From IMG/VR virus record IMGVR_UViG_3300030330_003596: a DNA stretch of 25,268 nucleotides. One strand, given 5' to 3'. The position numbers were made by a program, and so were the translations under genes. The number at the start of each line of letters is the position of its first letter. Position 1 is the first letter of the stretch. Origin of the DNA: an uncultured virus (IMG/VR IMGVR_UViG_3300030330_003596) (lineage: Duplodnaviria; Heunggongvirae; Uroviricota; Caudoviricetes). Shown here in pieces: positions 8,353 through 16,946 of the stretch. Under the pieces are notes generated by a model. The model made no database searches. It was not told the origin of the DNA and worked only from the letters and a program-made list of their open reading frames with translations.

Positions 8353-8649
8353 ATGAATCATGTAGAATTAACATACTATACAAAGAATAGCGAAAACAAA
8401 TACGAACATCATACGGTATCTGGAGAATTAGTGGTAGGTAATGCCATGTTTTCAGATATGGTAGGAGTAAGGAATAATCACGAAGGTATTATTCTTTTCC
8501 CTGCATCAGCATTAGTCAGACTACAAGCCAAAGAACTAGATGATATGTTTTTGGTTAAATTTGGTTTGTTGCAGGATGTCATTAATCATCAAGACAATGA
8601 AATGTCGAACAAAATTAACAATGGTGGCGGAAATCACCTATTTGGTTGA
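8353..8649 (+). CDS. hypothetical beta-rich protein
   Basis: 98-aa ORF with GAGGTGA RBS. Confidence 0.7.
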   Translation: MNHVELTYYTKNSENKYEHHTVSGELVVGNAMFSDMVGVRNNHEGIILFPASALVRLQAKELDDMFLVKFGLLQDVINHQDNEMSNKINNGGGNHLFG

Positions 8650-8661
8650 GGAGGAATAAAT

Positions 8662-9219
8662 ATGAGAAAGATATTAGTAATTGGAGCAGGTGGAATTGGA
8701 AGTTTTCTAATTCCTATTTTGGATAAAGTTGGTCTTTACCGCATTCATGTGGCTGACCCTGATAATGTAGAAACAAAAAATTTACCCTATCAAAACTTTA
8801 AGAAAGGACACGTTGGGCAAAATAAGGCTCAAGTAATGATGGATTCCTATGAATCTGTTACTACTTTCAGTAAATACCCAGTTTTAACTGAAAAACAAAT
8901 GGAAGGCTATGACCTTGTGATTTGTTGCGTGGATAACATTGGAGTAAGACGAACTTTATACAACACAAGCCTTAAATGGCTTGACCTTAGAGCGCAGGGT
9001 AGAAACGCTGCGCTTGTGTCGCACAAAGCAGACCCAAAGATGTACGATATGCTTTTAGCAGGAGATGATAGAAGTTATTCTTGTCAAGGGGATTCATGGG
9101 ATGGAACAAATAGTAATGTTCATTTCATGCAAGTCGCAATTGCAGGATTAGGCGCACAATGGATTCAAAGATATTTCAATGAAGAACAAGTGAGAGAATA
9201 TATGGTGGTGAATGTATGA
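8662..9219 (+). CDS. ThiF/MoeB/E1-like ubiquitin-like-protein activating enzyme
   Basis: ILVIGAGGIGS, DPDNVETKNLPYQ, VGQNKA, DLVICCVDN...R, WLDLR; candidate thioester Cys in YSCQ. Confidence 0.9.
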   Translation: MRKILVIGAGGIGSFLIPILDKVGLYRIHVADPDNVETKNLPYQNFKKGHVGQNKAQVMMDSYESVTTFSKYPVLTEKQMEGYDLVICCVDNIGVRRTLYNTSLKWLDLRAQGRNAALVSHKADPKMYDMLLAGDDRSYSCQGDSWDGTNSNVHFMQVAIAGLGAQWIQRYFNEEQVREYMVVNV

Positions 9220-10280
9220 GTAAATGGACAAATGATGAAATTGCAACATTGATTATTTCAAGAGCAAAAGGGCTAACATGGGCTAATGTTGCTAAGGAAA
9301 TAAATGCTAAACATGGAACAAAACGACATAGTAGTGGTTGTTCTGCTAAGTATAAAGAATTAATGAATGTTGATATTGCTAAAGAATTTACGCAGGAACA
9401 GACTGATTTTATTCAGGCTATGTTTCTAAATAACTTTAAGACTTCACAGATAATTACGGGATTTAAAGAACAATTCCAAAGAATTATTCGAGATGATGAT
9501 GTTGATTTTGTTGTTAAACAGATTCAACAAGAAGAAAAGGTAGAAGAACAGATAAAAACAAAAAAGAAAAAAATAAAGAAGGAGATGAAGAAAATGAAAA
9601 GACAAGTTAGGAAATGGACAAAAGAAGAAGATGCAAAGATTGGTTTGTGCGCTAATGCTAGAGAAGCATTATCATTAGGTCTTAATCGCACAGAACGTGC
9701 GGTTGAACAAAGATTCTATTCTCTTAAGAAAAAGGCTAAGAATCAACCAGTTGTCGAAAAGAAACAAAAGAAAGCAAAGCGTGGTCGAATGACTATTGCT
9801 GAACTCCAAATGATTCGTGACTGTGAAACAGTTGAAGAAGCATTGGCTTTGAATTTGCGAAAGCCCGAAACAATTATTCGGCAATTTGCTACTCTAAAGA
9901 GCGTTCAGCCAACAAAGACCAAAAAGACTCCTAAGAAGAAAAAGACTCATGGAAACAAGGGTAAGAAATATGCACCTCGTTGGACAAAAGAACAGGATTA
10001 TGACCTTGTTCTAAACTTTTACGAACTTTCAATTGATGAGGCTCGAAACCGATTTAATCGGCCATACGGGGCTATCGCAACTCGCTTAGAAATGCTGGTT
10101 GATAGCACAAAACCTGAGCATATCTCTATGCTTATGGAGGCTTCTAAGGAGATTAAAACTCGTAAGCAATCGCAGAATCCAACGCCACAAAAGAGTCGCA
10201 GAACGCTACGAAAAGAGCGTAAGATGGCTAAGAAACAGGCTAAGTTGGAAGCACAATTGCAGAAACTAAGGGGTCATTGA
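9216..10280 (+). CDS. Myb/SANT-like multi-repeat, highly basic DNA-binding protein
   Basis: Repeats begin KWTNDEI, EFTQEQT, KWTKEED...RTERAVEQRF, RMTIAEL...RKPETIIRQF, RWTKEQD...RPYGAIATRL; Lys-rich linkers. Confidence 0.7.
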   Translation: MSKWTNDEIATLIISRAKGLTWANVAKEINAKHGTKRHSSGCSAKYKELMNVDIAKEFTQEQTDFIQAMFLNNFKTSQIITGFKEQFQRIIRDDDVDFVVKQIQQEEKVEEQIKTKKKKIKKEMKKMKRQVRKWTKEEDAKIGLCANAREALSLGLNRTERAVEQRFYSLKKKAKNQPVVEKKQKKAKRGRMTIAELQMIRDCETVEEALALNLRKPETIIRQFATLKSVQPTKTKKTPKKKKTHGNKGKKYAPRWTKEQDYDLVLNFYELSIDEARNRFNRPYGAIATRLEMLVDSTKPEHISMLMEASKEIKTRKQSQNPTPQKSRRTLRKERKMAKKQAKLEAQLQKLRGH

Positions 10281-10281
10281 A

Positions 10282-10743
10282 ATGGAAAAGGAAGAAGAAT
10301 TACAAGCATTGAGAGTAAAAGCCGAAGAATGGGTTCAAATGGCATATAAAAATTTAGATATGCATCATTTAGAATTTCATGATGCTATTTGGGAGGCTTC
10401 AACAGTTATTCTTCCTAATCTTGAAGTGCAAGTTGTTATTGATGGTAATAATAATTGTTTTGTAACTACTGGTTCAGCAGGATATGTTGAGTTTTTTGAG
10501 CCACCAATGGGAATGAAATTGCCTATTAAGTGTTGGATTCATACTCATCCATTTGGTGCTGCATACTTTAGTGGAACAGATATTCGGACTGTTTCACAAT
10601 GGCAACCAATTATGGAAACAGCGTGGGTTCTTGGAGGACAAGGCCATTATGGTTTTTGGGTGCAGAAAAACCCAAAGCAACTCAGAATTTATAGAAATCA
10701 TAAGCATGAAAAAACACAAACATGGGGAGATGAAGAAGAATGA
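10282..10743 (+). CDS. JAB/MPN+/JAMM metalloprotease
   Basis: Upstream Glu (LEVQV) and WIHTHPFGAAYFSGTD = HxH-x7-S-x2-D JAMM motif. Confidence 0.9.
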   Translation: MEKEEELQALRVKAEEWVQMAYKNLDMHHLEFHDAIWEASTVILPNLEVQVVIDGNNNCFVTTGSAGYVEFFEPPMGMKLPIKCWIHTHPFGAAYFSGTDIRTVSQWQPIMETAWVLGGQGHYGFWVQKNPKQLRIYRNHKHEKTQTWGDEEE

Positions 10744-10985
10744 AGATGAAAAAAGACATACCAGAAAAATTGACTACAAAAGAACGAAGAGAGCGACATA
10801 TGCAAAATCATCCTAACGACAAAAATAAGCGTCGTAAAGATACAGGCATTACTTGGTCAAAGAAAACAGAACGAGATAAGAGGCTTAAGGAGTTTTACAA
10901 GACTCATGTTTATACCTTTGTTGATGAGAATGATTTGTCAAAGAAGCGTTGGATTCGTATTGCTGGATATGGTGAACAAGAATGA
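10740..10985 (+). CDS. basic hypothetical protein
   Basis: 81-aa ORF with ATGA overlaps at both ends. Confidence 0.65.
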   Translation: MKMKKDIPEKLTTKERRERHMQNHPNDKNKRRKDTGITWSKKTERDKRLKEFYKTHVYTFVDENDLSKKRWIRIAGYGEQE

Positions 10986-11197
10986 AAGCATTGGGCAATT
11001 ATGCAATAATCAAACTTGAAAACTCGGTTTCTAAGTCAGGTATTCAAGTTAGGATTGATAGTACAGGTATTGTGCATTCATGTCCTTCAATGCCCGAAGT
11101 AGAGGGTAAATTAGTTCTATTTGATGATAGACACCGTTTTGTTACCCATGATGATATGATTATTGTTCCTGTTGAATATTTGTTGGGGGTTTTTTGA
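10982..11197 (+). CDS. groES: GroES/Cpn10-like co-chaperonin
   Basis: MKALGNYAIIK (cf. KPLGDRV), SKSGIQV mobile loop, GKLVLF, IIVPVEYLLGV; close to groEL. Confidence 0.7.
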   Translation: MKALGNYAIIKLENSVSKSGIQVRIDSTGIVHSCPSMPEVEGKLVLFDDRHRFVTHDDMIIVPVEYLLGVF

Positions 11198-11329
11198 ATG
11201 AGAACATTTTCTGAAGAAAGGGCAAAAGAAATTATGTTTGAGTTTGTTTTATGGGTATCTCAGACACATCCATCAATTCTCAAGACTCTTATGGAGGCTT
11301 ATAAAAAATCAAGAGAGGAAGAAGAATGA
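11198..11329 (+). CDS. 43-aa hypothetical protein
   Basis: Read manually: MRTFSEERAKEIMFEFVLWVSQTHPSILKTLMEAYKKSREEEE; abuts the groES stop and overlaps the groEL ATG. Confidence 0.6.
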   Translation: MRTFSEERAKEIMFEFVLWVSQTHPSILKTLMEAYKKSREEEE

Positions 11330-12816
11330 TTATTAAAGGAAAAGAAGTTAAAGAAAAACTATTACAAGGAATTAATTTGGTTGCTGATACAGTAAAGCCA
11401 ACATTAGGGCCACAAGCAAAAACAGTTATTTTGCAAGGTAATCCTCCTGTTGTGATTAATGACGGGGTAACAATTACAAAGTATGTTTCACATGAAGACC
11501 CTTATGTTCAGATGGGTGTTCAATTAGTTCAGAATTTAGCCAGTAAAGCACAAGATAGTTCTGGTGATGGAACAACAACGGCTTGTATTTTGGCACAGGC
11601 TTTTTGTAATAATTTGTATAACAATCCTCCAAAAGAAAGTGTTCATCAGTTTAATGAGTTGATGGATAGTCTAAAAGAATTTACAATTAATTGGCTTGAT
11701 GAAATCTCTCTTGAGGTTAGAGATATTGATATTAAGAATGTTGCTACGATTGCATCAAACAATGATTCAAACTTAGGTGAACTAATTCAGGCCGCTTTAT
11801 CTAAAGTGGGAAGAGATGGTGTAGTTACTGTTGAAGAATCAAATAATTATCAAACTCAGTTAATTCTTCGTGATGGTATGGAGATTCAAGAAGGATATTT
11901 GAGCCATCTTATGTGTAATACAGAAAGTGGTAAGGTTGAGTTTGATAACCCAGTAATCTTTATGTCAAACATGGGTTTGAGGCATTTTAAAGATATTATG
12001 CCTCTTCTTGAATATTCAGCCAGTCAAAGCCGACCCCTTCTAATTATGTGTAAAGGAATGGATGGTTCAGCACTTAACAATCTATTGATGAATGTTATGA
12101 ACAAAACTGTTGAATGTGCAGTAATTCTTGCACCAAACTTCGGTGATGCTCAAATTGATGAACTAGGTGATATTCAGTCTTTGGTTGGCGGAAAGGTTTT
12201 CATTGATGAAACTAAGGACGACTCCAAACTATTTACAGAAACCGATTTAGGAACTTGTGCTAAAGTGGTTATTACCAAAGAAAGCACGACTTTTGTTGGT
12301 GGAGAAGGAGAAACTAAAGAAAGAATCGCTTCATTGAAAGAACAAGCACAAGATTTGAAAGGACATGAATTGGCTAGAATTAAATCAAGAGTTGCTCGTT
12401 TAAAGGGTGGCGTTGCTACAATTAAGGTTGGTGCTTCATCTTCTATTGAAATGCGAGAAAAGAAAGAAAGACTTGATGATGCACTTCACGCAACAAAGGC
12501 TGCTTTAGAAGAAGGTATTGTTGTTGGCGGAGGTAATGCGTTTTATAGATTATCATTTAGACCTTTACCAGAATGGTTTAGAGAGGCGTTATTAGAACCA
12601 ATGAAAACCCTTATGCAAAATGGCGGAATTAATCAAAGTATTCCTTCACCTCTTGCTACTGATGAAGGTTTCAATGCTCTTACTGGTGAATTTGAAAATC
12701 TTGCAGATGCAGGAGTTTTTGACCCAGTAAAGGTTGCTAAGAATAGTTTCTTAGCAGCCATGTCAATTGCTCAATTGTTTTATTCGACAGACGTTGCAGT
12801 ATTATTGGAGGAATAA
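11326..12816 (+). CDS. groEL: group I chaperonin GroEL/Cpn60
   Basis: LADTVKPTLGP, NDGVTI, GDGTTTA, GRDGVVTVEE, APNFGD, GGVATIKVGA, DDALHATKAALEEGIVVGGG, GVFDPVKV; no GGM tail. Confidence 0.95.
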   Translation: MIIKGKEVKEKLLQGINLVADTVKPTLGPQAKTVILQGNPPVVINDGVTITKYVSHEDPYVQMGVQLVQNLASKAQDSSGDGTTTACILAQAFCNNLYNNPPKESVHQFNELMDSLKEFTINWLDEISLEVRDIDIKNVATIASNNDSNLGELIQAALSKVGRDGVVTVEESNNYQTQLILRDGMEIQEGYLSHLMCNTESGKVEFDNPVIFMSNMGLRHFKDIMPLLEYSASQSRPLLIMCKGMDGSALNNLLMNVMNKTVECAVILAPNFGDAQIDELGDIQSLVGGKVFIDETKDDSKLFTETDLGTCAKVVITKESTTFVGGEGETKERIASLKEQAQDLKGHELARIKSRVARLKGGVATIKVGASSSIEMREKKERLDDALHATKAALEEGIVVGGGNAFYRLSFRPLPEWFREALLEPMKTLMQNGGINQSIPSPLATDEGFNALTGEFENLADAGVFDPVKVAKNSFLAAMSIAQLFYSTDVAVLLEE

Positions 12817-12818
12817 AT

Positions 12819-12932
12819 ATGGAATGTCAAATATGTAATAGAAGTGTGATGCCTTACTATATGCGAAGATTTGGTATGTGTCAAGATTGTTTTGATGCAT
12901 TCCGTCTAAAAATAGATAAGGAGGAAGAATAG
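12819..12932 (+). CDS. 37-aa C4 Zn-finger microprotein
   Basis: Read manually: MECQICNRSVMPYYMRRFGMCQDCFDAFRLKIDKEEE; GGAGG RBS. Confidence 0.65.
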   Translation: MECQICNRSVMPYYMRRFGMCQDCFDAFRLKIDKEEE

Positions 12933-13054
12933 TGGAAGATAGGCTAATCAATGTATGTGTAGATGCTATTACAATTCTGAAAGCATTAGGTCATAATGAT
13001 TTAGCAATCAGACTAAATGAAAGAGTAGAACGAATTATGGGGTATAAAGGATGA
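12932..13054 (+). CDS. 40-aa hypothetical protein
   Basis: Read manually: GTG start after GGAGG, (M)EDRLINVCVDAITILKALGHNDLAIRLNERVERIMGYKG; ATGA overlap with next gene. Confidence 0.55.
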   Translation: MEDRLINVCVDAITILKALGHNDLAIRLNERVERIMGYKG

Positions 13055-13446
13055 AGAAAGCAGTAACAGTAACTTTACCTGCACCGCATAAAGCGAGAGT
13101 TAAATGTCCTATTTGTGAAGGAAACAAATGTAAAGTCTGTAATATGACTGGAGAATTAGCAATTGAAGTAGCCCCAAAGATTCCAATTCAAAGAGCACAT
13201 ATTATCAAGTATGTTGTAGAAAATATACATGATGTTGCGAGAGAAATTACTCGTAAATATGGTTTAGTTCCAGAAGTAAATACTGCCGAAGTCTTGGAAG
13301 TAAATGATGGTCAATTTGAAATTGTTCAGGTTTCAAGTCTCGGTGGTGTTTGTTGGGTTGTAAATCGCCTTGATGAATTAGATACACCAAGATATTTTAC
13401 TTCAAAACAAGACCTTGAGAAGTTTAAACAGGGGTGGATGAATTGA
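13051..13446 (+). CDS. hypothetical protein with DnaJ-type Zn finger
   Basis: CPICEGNKCKVCNMTG; no J-domain HPD motif. Confidence 0.7.
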   Translation: MKKAVTVTLPAPHKARVKCPICEGNKCKVCNMTGELAIEVAPKIPIQRAHIIKYVVENIHDVAREITRKYGLVPEVNTAEVLEVNDGQFEIVQVSSLGGVCWVVNRLDELDTPRYFTSKQDLEKFKQGWMN

Positions 13447-13655
13447 CAGACGAATTAGAAGTTAAAGGAACAATAGTCCGTAATGCTGAAATGGACTGTA
13501 AAATAAAGCGTGGCATTTATTGGAATTTAGATGTCATGGATATTCGTTGGTATCGTAATGACAAACCAACAAATAAGGGCATTCGGTTGAATGTCGAAGA
13601 AGCAAAATTGTTATTACAAATTTTAAGGAGAGAATTAGATGAAAAGAGTGAGTGA
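13434..13655 (+). CDS. PC4/p15-like ssDNA-binding protein
   Basis: VMDIRWY...KPTNKGIRLNVEEAKLL matches the PC4 signature (DIR.Y...P.KKGISL..E). Confidence 0.8.
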   Translation: MDELTDELEVKGTIVRNAEMDCKIKRGIYWNLDVMDIRWYRNDKPTNKGIRLNVEEAKLLLQILRRELDEKSE

Positions 13656-13917
13656 TGTTCAATCAAAGAAAAGCCTACGGGCGGCAAATAAAGAAAGACA
13701 ATATGGAAATAATGCTGTTCCTCGTTTTGGAATGTGCGCTGGAAAGATTATTGATTTATTTGCACAGTATGTTGAAGATAGTATGACTGTTCCCCCTAAA
13801 GGTGGAAGAGGTTGTAGAGTTCAAAAAGAACATATTGATTTGTGTTTTGGTAAGTTTTATCAAGCGATGAGAGAATTTATGGATTCTGAACAAAAAAGGT
13901 TAGGTGAAGAAGAATGA
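13639..13917 (+). CDS. possible divergent histone-fold protein
   Basis: Short helix, ERQYG loop, long helix, GRGCRV loop, QKEHIDL; spacing fits a histone fold. Confidence 0.45.
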   Translation: MKRVSDVQSKKSLRAANKERQYGNNAVPRFGMCAGKIIDLFAQYVEDSMTVPPKGGRGCRVQKEHIDLCFGKFYQAMREFMDSEQKRLGEEE

Positions 13918-14570
13918 GTATAGAAGAATGGAAAAAGGCTAATGAGTATGATAAGATTAGAGAATATCTAAAGAATACTCATCCTGATGTTCTTGAAGGA
14001 TTTGGAGAATGGGATAAAGAACGAAAGGCTATTAAGTTAAAAACAGAAATTGCTATACTGAAAGAAAAAAGCAGAAAGATGATTGGTTTCTATAAGGAAA
14101 ACTATCCTTACCATGAAGTTAAATCTAGGGTATTCCCATCAGTTGAGCGCACTAATCGTTTCGGTGCTAATTATGATAAATTAGATATGATTCAATATAT
14201 TGAATCACTACCTATTTGTCAAAAATATAGAGGATTAAACACCTGTAATTATATTAGAGAAAATTATCCTGATGAAGAATATACTGAAAGAGGCGTGTAT
14301 TATACAGACGGTGAATATACTATTAGTAGTATTGCTCTTTTACATATCAAATTATTTGAAATTGCCCTTCCTCAAAATTTTGTAGATAAAGCAACAAGAG
14401 CAGGGTATGAACCTGCTCATGCGCTTAAAGATTCTATTTGGAAAAGAGGAGAATTATTTTTAGTGGACTTAATGCAATATCGCCTAAACAATAAAGATTG
14501 GAAAAACCAATGCAAAGTTGTTCATGAGGCTATAAGTCTGTATCATAGAGAAAGGAGTGAACAAGAATGA
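13914..14570 (+). CDS. hypothetical protein
   Basis: 218-aa ORF with ATGA overlaps. Confidence 0.75.
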   Translation: MSIEEWKKANEYDKIREYLKNTHPDVLEGFGEWDKERKAIKLKTEIAILKEKSRKMIGFYKENYPYHEVKSRVFPSVERTNRFGANYDKLDMIQYIESLPICQKYRGLNTCNYIRENYPDEEYTERGVYYTDGEYTISSIALLHIKLFEIALPQNFVDKATRAGYEPAHALKDSIWKRGELFLVDLMQYRLNNKDWKNQCKVVHEAISLYHRERSEQE

Positions 14571-14941
14571 ATAGATATAATGAATTATTAGATTGGCTAC
14601 AAAATGAACACAATGAAGTGTTTAATCAATGGGCGCAAATAGAAGAGGTAATTCGCCTTGAAGAAGAACAAAAACTATCAGAAGAAAATTCTAGAAATAA
14701 TAGAATGCTTGATTATTGTCTTAATAGGTATAAGGAAACATTCCCAAATACCGAACAGCATATTGTAGAGGCTATTGATTTACTTAACCACGATTTTGCA
14801 TCAGGTAATATACCTTATGAAGATAAAATGAGGGCTATCCGCCCTTTGTTGCATGAAAGGGGAGGAATAATCTTTAGGGGTAGTGGTAATCTTTGGGGTC
14901 AATGGAAGACAGAATTTAATGCATTGGAGGAAGAAGAATGA
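14567..14941 (+). CDS. hypothetical protein
   Basis: 124-aa ORF with ATGA overlaps. Confidence 0.7.
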   Translation: MNRYNELLDWLQNEHNEVFNQWAQIEEVIRLEEEQKLSEENSRNNRMLDYCLNRYKETFPNTEQHIVEAIDLLNHDFASGNIPYEDKMRAIRPLLHERGGIIFRGSGNLWGQWKTEFNALEEEE

Positions 14942-15288
14942 ATAAACTATATTTGATTACAACGAACAACAAGAAATTTGATGCTTGGTCAAAGCAGATG
15001 AAGAAGAAATTAAAAGATGCTGCATTAGACCATTTTAACTCAGGTTATAATGATGTTGTGAATGGCAATTATTTGGCGAGAGCATCTTTCGTCTGTTATT
15101 GGGAAATCTATGATAATGACTCTCTTGCACGATTAGCACCTGCTATTACTCAAGCGTCTTTTATTCATATGATGCACCGATTTATGGAAATGCAAATGCA
15201 GGAAGAAGTTGAAGTTGTTCAACAGTTAATGTGGAATTTTTTACGCCTTCTTCAAAGACTTGAAGGTGGAAATAATGAAGAAGAGTGA
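14938..15288 (+). CDS. hypothetical protein
   Basis: 116-aa ORF with GGAGG RBS. Confidence 0.7.
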   Translation: MNKLYLITTNNKKFDAWSKQMKKKLKDAALDHFNSGYNDVVNGNYLARASFVCYWEIYDNDSLARLAPAITQASFIHMMHRFMEMQMQEEVEVVQQLMWNFLRLLQRLEGGNNEEE

Positions 15289-15511
15289 TTGGATATACTT
15301 GGCAAGAGCCATGTGGGAATATTCGGAAAAGCATGAAGGTAAAATCAGTAGCCTTCTAAAACAACTGATTAAAGAAATAAATAACAATAAGGAGATGATT
15401 ACAGATGACATGGGAGAATATGAGCAGAATGTTACAAGCAACAGACCAATTGACACCGACGCAGCAAATTCGTCGGATTACGAGAGACTTGGAAGGTTTT
15501 ACGACAAGTAA
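15275..15511 (+). CDS. hypothetical protein
   Basis: Start moved to MKKSDWIY after AGGTGG; 3' part overlaps the ligase start. Confidence 0.55.
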   Translation: MKKSDWIYLARAMWEYSEKHEGKISSLLKQLIKEINNNKEMITDDMGEYEQNVTSNRPIDTDAANSSDYERLGRFYDK

Positions 15512-16946
15512 GAGCAATCCTTCCTTAGTGCTTCAAATTCTTGATAAAGATAAATTAGAAGCAAATAATCTTGGTTTAGCCAAAGCAAAGAAGTGGATGG
15601 CTAAAATCTTCGATGTATTTGATGATGAAATTGATGGATTAATGTATGCTCACGATGATTTAGGAGAAGCAATTTACCATCTTGACCCATCGGCTGAAAA
15701 GCAACGAAACTTTTCAGTCCAGTATGTTCATCGTCTTTTGTGTATGAATTGTGGAAAGATTGATTCCAATGAATTTTCAATGATTGAAGAGTCAATTTTG
15801 GCTATGTCTGCAAATGCACGACGCTGGTTCATTCGCTATTTGCTCAGAACTCCAAGAAATGGAATCAACGAAGGAACAGTAGCGAAGATTATTGCTAAAT
15901 ATTACAATAGGAGACAAGCAGTTGTAAAGAAACATTTGAATTTCAATTCTGTTGAAGTAGTTTGCCAGTATTATTCTAACTATCTAAATCCTCCTTGTGA
16001 TTTAACTTACGGAAAATTTGTCAGTCCAATGCTTGCTAAGGAAGTTCCGATGAATAAATGGCCGACTGATTTTGTTGTTGATTACAAATACGATGGAAAC
16101 AGATACCAGATTCATATTGATGGCGACAAAACTATGATTTTTAACCGTAAGGGTAAAATTGTAACACAGCAATTCCCCGATGTTGTTGAATTGGTTCAGG
16201 CCTATGATGTTAAAAACGCTATTCTTGATGGTGAAATCTATCCCATCTTAGAAAATGGCTCTCCTGCTCCCCATAAAACAATGGGAACAAGAGTCCATTC
16301 AAAGAATGTTCAAGAGGCTATGGAACGGGTCAAAGTAGAATGGGTTATTTTTGATTGTCTGATGCTCAACAACGAAACAGTCATGGATTTATCATATACA
16401 GAACGATTAGAGAAGATGAAAGACCTTCCTAATCAAGCACACCGTATCACCGAAGGCGACATTATGGCCTTTTACCATGAAGCAATCAACGAAGGATTTG
16501 AAGGAATCATCGTTAAAGATGCAAGCCAACCATATCAATCAGGAAAACGCTCCGTTTTTTGGGCTAAATACAAACCTCCGCAGATAAACTTGGATGTTGT
16601 TATCCTTTCCGCAAAATACGGGGAAGGAAAACGAGCCAATGTTTTCGGCACTTTTGAATTAGGCGTGAAGGCTGATAATGGTTTTCATAGCGTTGGGTGG
16701 TGCGGAACGGGCTTCTCGGATAGCGATTTAGTTCAATTAACCAACACACTAAGACGTAATGTTGAGAACTTCGATAATGGACAATTCTTTGTTTCACCTG
16801 TTGTTATCCTTGAAGTAAAGGCTGATTTAGTTAGTCGTGATGCTAAAGATAACTTAGGACTTAGATTCCCCCGTTGTATTCGTATTCGTGATGATAAGTT
16901 TGTTGCGGATATTAACACTTTAAAAGATGTGGAGAGATTAGAATGA
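15405..16946 (+). CDS. lig: ATP-dependent DNA ligase
   Basis: PMLA, KYDGNR (motif I), ILDGE, FDCL, EGIIVK, WAKYKP, LDVVI, CGTGFSD, LRFPR. Confidence 0.96.
   Translation: MTWENMSRMLQATDQLTPTQQIRRITRDLEGFTTSKSNPSLVLQILDKDKLEANNLGLAKAKKWMAKIFDVFDDEIDGLMYAHDDLGEAIYHLDPSAEKQRNFSVQYVHRLLCMNCGKIDSNEFSMIEESILAMSANARRWFIRYLLRTPRNGINEGTVAKIIAKYYNRRQAVVKKHLNFNSVEVVCQYYSNYLNPPCDLTYGKFVSPMLAKEVPMNKWPTDFVVDYKYDGNRYQIHIDGDKTMIFNRKGKIVTQQFPDVVELVQAYDVKNAILDGEIYPILENGSPAPHKTMGTRVHSKNVQEAMERVKVEWVIFDCLMLNNETVMDLSYTERLEKMKDLPNQAHRITEGDIMAFYHEAINEGFEGIIVKDASQPYQSGKRSVFWAKYKPPQINLDVVILSAKYGEGKRANVFGTFELGVKADNGFHSVGWCGTGFSDSDLVQLTNTLRRNVENFDNGQFFVSPVVILEVKADLVSRDAKDNLGLRFPRCIRIRDDKFVADINTLKDVERLE

Noticed and set aside
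13051..13446. DnaJ co-chaperone next to groEL
   Set aside because: Only a Zn-finger fragment; no J-domain or HPD motif
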